A stretch of DNA of 64,000 bases from Nemertoderma westbladi (lineage: Eukaryota; Animalia; Xenacoelomorpha), in NCBI GenBank assembly GCA_032718475.1, contig JAUCBJ010000533.1, forward strand, positions 115,057 through 179,056. Direction: 5' to 3'. The notes below the pieces were generated by a model. That model searched no databases. It was not told where the DNA came from and saw nothing but the letters and a program-made list of their open reading frames with translations. This document shows, in pieces, positions 36,993 to 49,400 of this stretch. Position 1 is the first letter of the stretch; each line of letters opens with the position of its first letter. The position numbers and the translations under genes are program-made.

Positions 36993-37250
36993 ACAGATAG
37001 AAGGGGGGGGGGGGGGGGGGGGGGCTGGACGTAATAAAAATTGATCCCTCTCCAGGGGAAATTCGACGCAAATAACAGCTGGTTACTCTCAAAAATAAAA
37101 CTGTAACCTGTTCTATTGTGTTAAGTTTATTGTTTTGGTTAAAATAACGTCCCACTGTAATCTGCTCCTTTCCCTAAATTGAGAATTTAATTTAACATTG
37201 AGGCGGGATATTAATTCGCAAAGACGGGATTTGTGGCCAGTTTCCCCCCG
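36993..37250. repeat. Dispersed repeat, copy 2 (copy 1 at 4512-4745)
   Basis: Direct similarity over ~230 bp to 4512-4745. Confidence 0.85.
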
Positions 37251-37412
37251 GTCTGTCGTTAGGCTGTCTCGTCTAACGACAGACCCAGACTGCCAAAGTA
37301 CCTCCAATTAGTAATTACCGTTTCGGACACCGTTTAGTGTTAGTAGGAAGAGCGAGTTGTTATGAAACTCATTATTACTTCATATAGAACAACATATCAC
37401 ATCACCGGAGTA

Positions 37413-39236
37413 CAGTATATGGGTCAATGCCAACCATATTATCGACCAATGTCCCGTACATGATTTTTGAAATTTGTTGACTTTTGAATTTAACTTTGAG
37501 AATTTGCCATAGTGATGGTTAGAAAGAGCGATAATTTCTGCATTTGAAACCAGAAAGTGCCCCAACAATTTCTTGGCCGTTATTGAGAGAAACGTTCCGG
37601 AATGCAAAAATTTAGAAAATTTTTTTGTCACGTATATATGGGGAATTTATTAATAATTTTTCGTACTTTATGTCCATATTCTTGAAAATTTGAAGTAACA
37701 GTCGTTTAATGGTGGTATTGAGGTGTCCGGCAAGAGATATCAGATAGAAGTGGGAAGATTTCTGGTGAGAAAAAATTTACAAATTCTAGAACTAAAAATA
37801 AATTTTTCATAGAATGACAACACAAAGTTTCACTTTCTGGGAAACTTTGTCGTGAAAAGTGAGACTAATTGTTTTTTTTCCTGTTAATAACATTGTGATA
37901 CACAAAACTGCTGCATATGGTCAACTGAAAACCGTTATTTTATATCAAAAAAATTAGTTTGAAAATGTAAATAGACAGTTTTTTCATGTCATGTACGGGA
38001 CATATTGATTAAGTATTGAAAGGTCGGGTAAAGGATAGCTATTGGATAGCATATTGATATAGTATAGGAAGGAATTTACATGGAAACTATTATTATAAAT
38101 TTTGACATTTATTTTCCAATTAAAAACAAATCACAAAATTCTCCAAACAACTCCTCCGTACTAGAATTTAAGTCCAGTTTATCGTCCTTCCCACTGCCAA
38201 CTCCTGTTCCATCCCCAACTTACATCCCACTCTCAACTACTGCCCCAATCTCAAAACAATTTCCACAAACAGTTAATTTGGTAATAAATTCATTTGGTCT
38301 GTTGTCAATTAAGAGGAAGGAGCGGTTACAGTTTATCTGTGACTGGTAAGCCCCCAACCATTAATTAAATGTGAGTAATTAATTGTTTTAACTAGGCCTA
38401 TGATTAACTTCTGCCCCCAACACAATGTCAAGTAGTGTGGGACATCCTGTCACGTTATGGGACATGGTAGTTTTTTTTCAACCTGGCCAAATAAATGTTT
38501 ACGTAGCAGTCTCACTGATACAACCGATACATGGCAAAACTATCTGAGAAATGGATGTGGTGATCTAAATCTTCTAAATCTTTATTATAAGTTCGCGTTT
38601 TCTGATAGAAAACCTCCGTTAAGTATATGGGACACTTTTTTGGACCAATTTGGAGACGCTCACACAATTTATTTATATGAACCGCTAAACCACCAAAAAT
38701 TGGCAATCTAATTGAAACACTTGGAAGAATATGAGTGGGAGTGTCAACACATCGGGTTAATGACCCATATTTGACAATTTATTTGCTATTAAATTAATCA
38801 TTTACCGAGTGTCACGACATTATGTGACAAAAAATCGGACCACGTTCAATTTTTTTTTGTATTTCTGATATCTCCAATTTACTACGAAGCTACGTTTATT
38901 TGTTCACAGGAATTATACTCAGCCAGCAGGGATATTAATCGTTTGGCACCTGAATTGTAACTTTAAATTTTAATGGCCAAATTGAGCCCGTAATTACAAT
39001 CATAACATTTCAAAAATGTCCCCGTAAGTGACGATTTTTTTAAATTCTTTGTAGCTTTTTCTACAACGAACTGTGGTTTCAGTGTATCACAGCAGGAGGG
39101 GACCGATTGTTGTGTATCAGCTGGCGATCAAATTATCAAAGCCACCCGACCATTCATTCTCGAATGATTTACATTTTGTATATTTTTTGTCCTGTACGTG
39201 ACTTAGTCAATATGGTTGACATTGACCCATATATTG
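37413..39236. mobile_element. Non-autonomous Tc1/mariner-type element in the SBF intron
   Basis: TA|CAGTATATGGGTCAATGCCAACCATATT ... AATATGGTTGACATTGACCCATATATTG|TA; no transposase ORF recognised. Confidence 0.72.
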
Positions 39237-39289
39237 TACTGGAGTAATGTAGTCTTTACAATCCTAAACTAAAGTCCATTTGTTTATAG

Positions 39290-42200
39290 ATTTATTTATA
39301 CATTATGTAAAAACAATAACAAATACACCAAACAATGTACCGGTATAAAGGTATTGTCCAACATAACATATAGGATTACCCCTAAAGCTTTGCAGCTTAT
39401 TTCCAAGGGGGTCCTTTATGTTACTTGGTTACAAATACAATATTACACTACGCTAACCTAAAACCAATATAAAACGTAATTACACTATGTACATGTACAA
39501 CTTTACCGAGAGCGTGACAATGCCCGACTCAACGATAAAGATGTAATGTACAGAACAATTTATTATAAAACGTAATTACAGTATAAATAGTAAATAATTA
39601 ATAAACTAATAACTTACTGTAGGACTATTGTACCTATTTTTACATTGCACACGGAGATGAGATTTAACTGCAGATTTAAAAGAATGTTGATTATTTAGGT
39701 TTTTAATTTCATTAGGCAGAGCGTTCCAATTTTTAATGCCGTTAAAAAAGAAAGTATCAGATTCAAAGGATTTACAATTCGGGAGGTAGAAGTTTGAAGC
39801 ACTAGCTCTGGTACTGTAAGAGTGTGTATCGCGTACTCTGTTGAATTTTTGATTTAGGTAATTGGGACATTTACCATTATACACTTTATGCACATGGTTA
39901 AGGCGTAGCTGCTTAACTCTACTATCTAAGTTAAGTAGTCCAGATTCAGAAAAGTCATCTGGAGTTAGGTGGTGCCTAGGTTTGTAGTCTTTAATAAATC
40001 GTACTACTTTATTCTGAGCTACTTGTAATTTACATTTAAGCTGTTTGGTTAAGCCTTCATACCAAGAAGAGCACGCATAGTCCATGTGACACTGTATTAA
40101 AGAAGAGCAAAGTAACTTGCGGGAGTCGGTGTTCAAACTATTTTTATTTCTGTATAGAAACCTAAGCCTACTGTTAACTTTCGAGAAAATATTTTTCACT
40201 GTACTTTCTCCTGATAAGCAGTTATCCAATGTGGCGCCTAAATATTTAACTTCCTTTTTATTTTCAATCTTATGTCCATTACTAGTGACTTCAAACTTAG
40301 TTACCTTCTTTAACTTTCTTTTGGAACCAAACAAAATACTTTCAGTTTTACCGTAGTGAATGGATAGCTTATTATCAACCAACCACTCATTACAGGATTC
40401 TAGAACTGCACTTAACTTTTGGGAAATATGGATAGGATCTTTATGAGAGAAAATAAGAGCACTGTCGTCGGCATATAAAATGAGTTTAAAATCGGGATCT
40501 ATACTACTTATCATATCATTTACATAGCATACAAAAAGCAGAGGACCTAATATGCTACCTTGCGGTACACCACAGGTAATCTCTTGTACAGTAGACCGCG
40601 ATTTGCTAATGACTACAGTTTGACCTCTGTCTGACAGGTAGGACTTGAACCAGTCTATAGAACCTACACCCATCAGTCTGGTACTACATTATCTACGATA
40701 GAGTAATTAATAATAAAAGTAATAGGCACTTTAAGTACTTCAGCACCATCCTTAAGAAAACGGGCAGGTATTAGGTCTAGACCGGTACTTTTTGAGGCTG
40801 ATAGGCTAAGTAGATTTTTAAAAACGAAATCCTCAGAAACGGGTTTTAAAAATAACTTTTCTGAATTTTGTAACTTTTCTAAATAAAAATTATTTAGAGT
40901 TTCGGACCCTATACTATATTTATTACTTGATAACGGTAATTTCTTAACTAAATTAGAGGCAACATTAGTAAAATAATTATTAAATAAATTACTAACTAGA
41001 GTATGATCATGAATCAGCTCACCGTTGTCTTGCAGAACAATATTCGATTTAGATTTAAGGTTTTTATAACCTAAAGATTTTAGGGTAGACCATAGACTTT
41101 TTGGATTATCTTTATTCTCACTTATTTTGTTGTACAAATATTCAGATTTAGCTTTTTTTATTTCCCGTTGGACAAGGTTTCTATATTTGCAGTAATTATT
41201 ATAATCAGCTAAAACACGGTATTTCCTAAATTTATACAAATAGTTATCTCTTTCTCTGATATTACTAAGAATACCCGAGGTCATCCAGGGCTCAGTGCGT
41301 TGTTTAAGACTAATTTCTTTAATTGGTGCTACAGTATTAAGTGCCTTTAAAAATATATCTTTAAAAACAGTGTACGCAAGGTTAATGTCAGCGGCCTTAA
41401 AACAGGGTTCCCAGTCAGAATTAACTAATAAACTTAAAAAGCGTTCCTTGCTGTAATTTTTCATAGACCTAACTGTTACTGTTTTATGATCCCCGAAAAA
41501 AGATTTTTGTGTCTTTCTTGTGCAAAAAACTATAAAATGATCGCTTAGACCTATAGGTAAAACCCCAGATTGAGAAATAATATCGGTATTATTACAAAGG
41601 ATGTGATCTAGTAAAGTAGAAGTTTTACTGGTAATTCTGGTAGAATCTCGAATAATTTGTTTTAAACCAAACAAATTTAAAATACTTTGGTACTGTTTAC
41701 AGATGGGGGATGCTTTGTGATGGTAACAGATATTAAAATCACCTAAGAAATATATTTCACAGTCTGACCTAAGATTACATAAAATTGTATTTTCAAAATT
41801 TTGCAAAAAATCTGATTGTTTAGGGGGCCGATATAAAGTACCGATTAAAATAGGTTTAGTTTTAGGAAGTAAAAGTTCCACCAGTAAAACTTCGTCACAA
41901 GTCTCTAAATCTTCCCTACGATTAAAAGCTAAATCACATCGAATGTAAGTACAGACACCACCACCGTGTCTGTCCCTATCCTTACGTAAAACTACGTAAT
42001 TATCAATATAAATTTCTCCATCAGAAACACTATCATCGAGCCAAGTTTCAGAGATTGTTAAAACTGCTGGGTTGGATTTATTGATTAAAATACGAATTTC
42101 GGAAAGTTTTGGAAGCAGAGATCGTGCGTTTAAGTGCAAAAAATGCAGACCTTTTTTCTTAAAAAAATTAAAAGTTTCACTCTCAGCATCACTTGGAGTT

Positions 42201-42790
42201 TGCAGAGGCGATGTGAGAAATGAATCGTCGGTTTCTGATTCTAAAATTGTATCATGAAAGGGAAGTTCGGTAAAAATACAGCTATTGCAGAGAAAACTTG
42301 GTTCAAGATTGTTTCTGGTGGAGAATAAATTACTGCGTTTCCTACGGTAACATTTTAAATGTACAAATGTGTCACAACTCTCGCATTGGACGATCTTACT
42401 CCGAGAGTTTGTTCCTCGTTGACAGACGGGACAGTTGATCTTCGGGGCCCGCGTCCTGCTGGGTCCTGGGTTGGTCTCAATATCCCCAGCCAGAGACAGT
42501 AGACAGAGTTTAGCGATTAGGCCTCTAGATCGTGGAGAGGAGACCCAAGATCTTCTTCCCCGACGAGAGCAGTAGAGGCTAAATCCACTCGTCGACCACA
42601 TCTCCGTCGATTCGGCGCGGCAGTTCGAAACGGTAGCGACAGGGTGTTCCGCAAACCAGTCCAATACGGGTATTGGGTGGGTTGCAGGGTTACCCCGCGG
42701 ATCGGATGGTTCTGCCACAACGAAACGACCCAGAACGATGAAAACTGTGGAGATTAAGAGCGGGGACATTGTGCTGTCTGGCTGTAGTCT
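39290..42790 (-). mobile_element. CR1/L2-group LINE (Daphne/Crack-like), single-ORF type, internally deleted in RT
   Basis: ORF 42769-40673: 2A-like GDIETNPGP, PHD-like finger (CPVC...CESC...H..C...CNSC), APE endonuclease (HLNARSL, SETWL, YRPP, GDFN, LDH, SDH). ORF 40673-39606: GVPQGSILGP, YADD. NYRPIS and D..KAFD motifs are missing at the junction. Confidence 0.95.
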
Positions 42791-43136
42791 GACTCAGGGA
42801 TAAAAACTGTATAGGCCTAGTACCGGTATCTTTCTTGGTCTTATTGTCGGCAGGCCTACAGCTAATATCATTTTCCGTTTACATTTATCTTTTTTTTTTA
42901 TTTACATTTTATCAGTTTACATTTACAGCAGCTTAATTTTGGCTACAACTTCGCTGGTTTTATCATTCTGTTCGGGATATAACGTTTTTATGCAAATCCA
43001 ATTCCTATTTTATTATTTCTTAATTCAAGAAACCGGTGGTAAAAAGTTTATCTTTGTGTTTCGAGATTCATTCAAAATTTCGCACTCTAATACATAAATA
43101 TTAATTTAATGGTTTCACAAATGTTTGCGTTTAGAG

Positions 43137-44616
43137 TAGTGTTTAAACTTTTTGGGATTCCCGGGATCGGGATTGTAATTTTGGATTAATTTCCTTAATG
43201 TTATTAGTACGGTATATGTGGCGTGGCCGGTGGCGTGGCGGGTTTTGGGCAACACTCACTTTATTTCACACTTCTGAAATATTAGTAAGGTAAAGTTATT
43301 ATAAATTTATTTATAGTTAATTACTGGAAGATTTACTGACATTCAGTAATCCGACATCTCGATATAATCAATAATGTCTATTCTGGTTCAACTAACCAAT
43401 AAATTTACTTAAAAACTATTTATACTTCGGGATCCAAAAATGTCGGGACCTGGATTGCATTTTTCACCGGAATCCCGTTCGGGACGGGAATCCCGTTCGG
43501 GACCGGAATCCCGTTCGGGACCGGAATCCCGTTCGGGACCGGAATCCCGTTCGGGACCGGAATCCCGTTCGGGACCGGAATCCCGTTCGGGACCGGAATC
43601 CCGTTCGGGACCGGAATCCCGTTCGGGACCGGGATCCCGTTCGGGACCGGAGTCCCATTCGGGACCGGAATCCCGTTCGGGACCGGAGTCCCGTCGGGAC
43701 CGGGATCCCGTTCGGGACCGGGATCCCGTTCGGGACCGGAATCCCGTTCGGGACCGGAATCCCGTTCGGGACCGGAGTCCCGTTCGGGACCGGAATCCCG
43801 TTCGGGACCGGAATCCCGTTCGGGACCGGAATCCTGTTCGGGACCGGAATCCCGTTTGGGACCGGAATCCCGTTCGGGACCGGAATCCCGTTTGGGACCG
43901 GAATCCCGTTCGGGGCCGGAATCCCGTTCGGGACCGGAATCCCGTTCGGGACCGGAGTCCCGTTCGGGGCCGGAATCCCGTTCGGGACCGGAATCCCGTT
44001 CGGGACCGGAATCCCGTTCGGGACCGGAATCCCGTTCGGGAGCGGAATCCCGTTCGGGACAGGAATCCCGTTCGGGACAGGAATCCCGTTCGGGACCGGA
44101 ATCCCGTTCGGGACCGGAATCCCGTTCGGGACCGGAATCCCGTTCGGGACCGGAATCCCGTTCGGGACCGGAATCCCGTTCGGGACCGGAATCCCGTTCG
44201 GGACCGGAATCCCGTTCGGGCCGGTCCGTTCGGGACCGGAATCCCGTTCGGGACCGGAATCCCGTTCGGGACCGGAATCCCGTTCGGGACCGGAATCCCG
44301 TTCGGGACCGGAATCCCGTTCGGGACCGGGATCCCGTTCGGGACCGGAATCCCGTTCGGGACCGGGATCCCGTTCGGGACCGGAGTCCCATTCGGGACCG
44401 GAATCCCGTTCGGGACCGGAGTCCCGTCGGGACCGGGATCCCGTTCGGGACCGGAATCCCGTTCGGGACCGGAATCCCATTCGGGACCGGAATCCCGTTC
44501 GGGACCGGAGTCCCGTCGGGACCGGAATCCCGTTCGGGACCGGAATCCCATTCGGGACCGGGAATCCCGTTCGGGAACGGAACCCCGTTCGGGACCGGAA
44601 TCCCGTTCGAACACTA
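43137..44616. mobile_element. hAT-type MITE with expanded internal minisatellite
   Basis: Ends TAGTGTTTAAAC / GTTCGAACACTA; 8-bp flanks GTTTAGAG and GTTTAGAA (7/8 match); gggattcc motifs near both ends. Confidence 0.75.
43467..44608. repeat. 18-bp GC-rich minisatellite, ~63 copies
   Basis: Unit GGGACCGGAATCCCGTTC with few variants. Confidence 0.98.
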
Positions 44617-45574
44617 GTTTAGAACATTTTATTTCGCAGCATTGCAATAATTACGGTTAAAAAAACAAATCTTTGTTTCTTTAATAAATTTCGGATCGTG
44701 TGCCGCTATTGTTAAATAAACGGATTTAAATCATATCATATTCATAGCGCCCCGGCTGGCTATAATGATAGAAGTAATATAATGTAATATCTAAAAGGCG
44801 CGGTAGAATTGACAATTTTATACATTACCGTACACTAGGGGGCATCCATCGCCCCAAAGTAAATTGTTGAGCACCGCCGCGCAATCCACAGCTGGGGAAC
44901 TGCATAGGAATGTTCAACCCGCAGTTACAAAGAAACAGTTGTTTCAGAGCCGCAGCTAACGTGTTAAAAATTGATATGAGGTTAGCTGCTAGGGGTTTCT
45001 AAAATGTTTCCATATTCTCATTTCATAGACAATTATTGAGAGGGTTTATTATGGGATTATATGTCTGGGTTTGATTCTCCACTATGTTGATTAAATACAT
45101 GGTATTATATATGGTGTAAAGTCTTCAGCAAACAATATGGACTAGACAAGACATACAAACCCCAGTAATTAATTATATCATTATCACTGTAGATACATCA
45201 CTAGTTAGACAGATGAAGATTAATTAATTGTTGTTCGATACGATATTATTGTTAGACTGTATGTATGTGCTGTACGTTCTGTACTTCATACTTCACATTC
45301 ATACATTGCTATTAACTTTATTTTGTAATATTATTTATTAAGGCACTAATTATAAAAAGTATTCCCAAATCCCAACCACAATAGGCCTAGTCTGTCTGCT
45401 GCTATGGTTAACAAATGCAATAGGTTTCCTTGGGGAGATTAACAATAAATAGTAAATACCTAATGTACTTTTATCACATCTTACTAAACATTTAAACGAT
45501 TCCAATTAGAAAAACCAGCAAGCTGTCTGTAAAAGAAACTGCCTAAACTTTAACCACAAAAAGATACAAAGAGA

Positions 45575-45632
45575 TCTGATCCGGGATCGAACCCTGTACT
45601 TTCACATCTTAACCAATTGAGTTATCGGTACG
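45575..45632 (-). mobile_element. Degenerate tRNA-like SINE head
   Basis: Minus strand TAACTCAATTGG (A-box-like) and GGTTCGATCC (B box); too short for an intact tRNA. Confidence 0.4.
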
Positions 45633-46457
45633 GAGATCAATCACGAGAACAACAACCGTGAATTATGAATCTCTCTTTCCTACAACAACAACCTACGGCT
45701 ACCTCTATAAAGAGGCAGTTTCGGTATAATTTGTCCTGAAAAACAACGAATTGGATAAATTTGGGACGTTATTGCAACCCCGCAAAATACAAACCTCTAT
45801 CCTCTAACCTCATACACTTTTTAAAATATAATTTATCGATTGCTCTATTAGAGTGTGGTTGAAAATGATGTAATATTTCACGGCTTTCTTGAATTAGAAA
45901 AAATAATTACATTTTAGAATTGGAAGTGGAATTAAATATAATCATTAATATCCAGAACAGAATGAGCCCAAAATCAGCTCCCTGCTATCGAAACCCTCAT
46001 AGTAATGTCCGGAATAAGCTTAAAATGATGGACTTTTTTTCTCAACATATAGTCAATCAGACTATATAAAACTTATTTTGGGAAATATGGTTCTCCTTGT
46101 TCCCCACAATAATATTTAACAATATTTTATCAACCGAAAAGATCCGCTGCGACCAGTGTAACTGTAACTGTTTCGCAATGGTGTACATAAAATTTGAGTT
46201 ATACTATATAGTCCTGTACCTGTAATTTTAATTTATTAGCGATGAAAAAAGTTAGTTAGATTATTTTCGTTATTTAATAACTTAATTATTTTCGTTATTT
46301 AATAACCTAAAAAAAACATTAATTTACGTTTATTTAAAAAAATATATATAAAATTTCACTTTTTATCAATTTTACTCGATTGTTTATTATCCTGGTTTAG
46401 AGTTCCCGGTACTTGAAACTATATATTATCACATTAGTAACATTTCCTTTCCCACAG

Positions 46458-49400
46458 GTGTTTGCTCAGAAGATTCCCAGAGCTAGCGACGAAGCGTACA
46501 ACAAGCTGGAAACGACTTTCCCGCATCTCAACGCCGAGATAATAGCCGAAGTTATCGTCGACGGACAAAGTAAACTCACTCTCGCTAACCGAATCGCGAG
46601 TAGCGTGAAGAAATCGAAACCTCGCAACGTGCCGTGTGCCGTAATACGGCAACACGACGAACTGCTGAGTTGCGGAGTCCGCCGGCTGGAGGTTCTTCGT
46701 GAATGCATCACGAATATATTCGAATCGAAGATAACCGAAGCGCGTAAAACCTTCCAGGCTGTGAAGCGGGCGTTGCGGACCAAGGCAGCGCGTAAAGCGC
46801 TCACGCAGGAGCTCTCTAAGGGGCTCAAATACAACAGGTCAGTGTTAGACAACTCCCAATTCGATCTTATAGTTAAACTACTGAACGCCGCGCTTATTGA
46901 AGAGGACGCCATGGGGCAGGACTTTACGGTGGCTCGGGCCGTGTTGCCTCTGGCTACGATGTTCTGTAGGAAGCTCGGGGGTGGAGGGGGCATCATGCAG
47001 TTTATTTACAGTAAAATTCAACACCATTCGGTCTGGGGCTCGCAGCAGTTCTGGGAGAATTGTTTCTACTCGGACGTGGAGCAGCACATACGTTCGTTGT
47101 ACCGGGCGGAAGGCTCTAGCGTTAACGGATTAACTCGTACCGAATCCAGTGTTGAGAACGAGGCGATGTCAGCCTTGGATATCGCCGCTGAACAGCTGAA
47201 GTTGTGGTCGACGTTGAGTGACACAGAACGGCAAAGTCGTGTGCAGAGTGAGGAGTCTACTGTCTACAGTCAGGCTGTTCATTACTCTAATAGGATGGTC
47301 TATATGAGGATCCCGTTGGATATGCGGCGAGGTGTCACTCTGCTGCGTACTGGTACAGGCCTGGAGGGGCAGGAGAGTGGCAGCAGCAATGTAACCAACA
47401 GCGTGGGAGGTTGCAGTGAGAGTTACGACGCGGACTCAGTCGGGGACGAGGAACTCAACGACCTCGGTACGTTGGTCGTCAGATTCGTCTGCCGGTTCAT
47501 TGATAAGGTCTGCATCTACGCGGGGGTTTCCGACGACCACCTCAAGGCGTTGCACTGCATGGTCCCGGGCGTGGTCGCGATGCACATGGAGTCGGTGGAG
47601 GCCGTCTACCGCGAGTCCAAGTCGCTCCCCGAGGTGCAGAAACCCGCGATCGGACCGCCTGCGTTGCTCCCCGGCGAGCGATTCGCCTCACGAGACGCGA
47701 TCACCGCCTACCTCCTCACGGACGGACGGGACGCGGACAACATCGCCGACCAATCCAAAGGGCAGCTCCCCGGGTTGAACTTCCTCCCAGCGGAAGGGCA
47801 AATCTTCCTCACAAACTACCGCGTCATCTTCAAAGGTTCGCCAATCGATATGATACTCAGCGATCACGTTATCATACGAAGTTGCCCCCTCGGGCACATC
47901 GTCAAAGAGAAGCGGATCAACGGGCAGTGGGCCGTCATCAGCGGGGTTGATGATGACGTTGTGGACCGGTACGCCACTCAAGGCTACCAGATCCGATCGG
48001 CTTCCTTCCAACTCATTAAAGTCGCTTTTGACTTGCGGATTCCCTCGGATTCGATCAACATTGAGAACCTCGTGAAGGGGATGCGCCGACTGCGTTACCC
48101 GGATAGCGTGCACTCGGTGTTCGCCTTGGTCGATTCCGCGGCCCCCGAGGTGCTCATCACGCTGCGTGGATCCAAAGGGAGTCGACGCGTCGGCGGTAAG
48201 GGGTCCACACTGCGCGGGATGGTGGACTACGCGATGCGACGCGGGGTAAAGGGGCGAACGCTGAGCGCCAAGTCGAAAACCACCTCATTGGGAGCGTCTA
48301 GTACGTCGTCCTTGTCGGAGAACGACGAAGACGGGGAGTGGGGCGGCTACAGGGAGGATATGAGTTTGGAGCGGCTCTACGAGCGGCCCTATGTTCGGGA
48401 TTACATCCGGATGGGTTTAACCGTTGGAATATCTTCCGCGCTTACTAATGGCATTTCCGTTGCCACTAACGTGGTCGGGAAGTCCTCGACTCGGTTGTGT
48501 TCCATCAACCTCGATTACGGGATGTGTAAGAGTCTCCCAGCGGGGTTTATAGTCCCCTCGCGTATCAACGACGCCACGGTGGCGCGCGCCGCTCGATGCC
48601 ACCGATTGGCGCGGGTCCCCGCCATCGTGTGGCGGCATCCGTCGTCCCGCGCACTCCTGCTGCGGGCCTCCGCCATGCAGCATCCCCGCGCCTTGATCCG
48701 GGGCGGTGGCGGCGGCGGGAGCGGCGCCGGCGGAGGGCAGGATACCACGAACTCGATCGAGTTGGAGAAGTATCTGGAGACTGTTGTCTCGCTGACGCCG
48801 GGTTTCGCAAGCAGACCAGGTTCCCAGGGCTCCACGCTCACCGCCCCCGCTCACACTCCGGCCAACTCCGACTCCGGAATGTCGGATGGTTTGACCGCCG
48901 CCGACGCGTCTTCCTCGCATTCCAGCTCGCCGAAGAATCGAGCGAAGCGAGGTAGCAAATTGTCCCGGGCCATGGGCGGCCTGCGGGCCAGTGGGAAGGC
49001 GACGTTGAAGAATTTTCAGGGCGGAATAACTGGAGAGTCGGGAACTCTTAGTAGAACGAAGGGCGAGAGTTCTCCCCCTCCGTCATCCAACGTAGAGAAC
49101 CCTCCATCGCCGTCTGGCACACTAACCCCCAGTCAGGTGGAGGGGCGACTAACGCCCATGGAGGCTGGGCGTAGTTCGGGGGGCGGGCACAGCCCATTGG
49201 GGCGCGACTCTTTCACAGGTTCTCAGGAAGGCTTCTCCCTCTACGTACTCGGTGACAAAAGTCTCGTAAAGGGCGTCTCCTCTGTGAAACACGACGGGCT
49301 TCTTCCCAAGATTGAATGCATCCCGGTGGACCTTCCCGAGATCCGCTTGTTGCGAGCTGGATTCCGTAAACTAATGCGCGCGTGCGTTCCCTCTGGGGCG

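Noticed and set aside
40671-40675. Programmed termination-reinitiation between LINE ORF1 and ORF2
   Set aside because: Essential RT motifs are missing at this point, so a deletion explains the overlap better.
43409-44660. Long ORFs (253-412 aa) in several frames
   Set aside because: Artefacts of a stop-free 18-bp minisatellite.
46413-46457. ORF-track start of the 1544-aa protein (and the 35489 start of the 500-aa ORF)
   Set aside because: Both are TTG starts. 46413-46457 is intron ending in a canonical acceptor, and the conserved N-terminus begins at ATG 35519.
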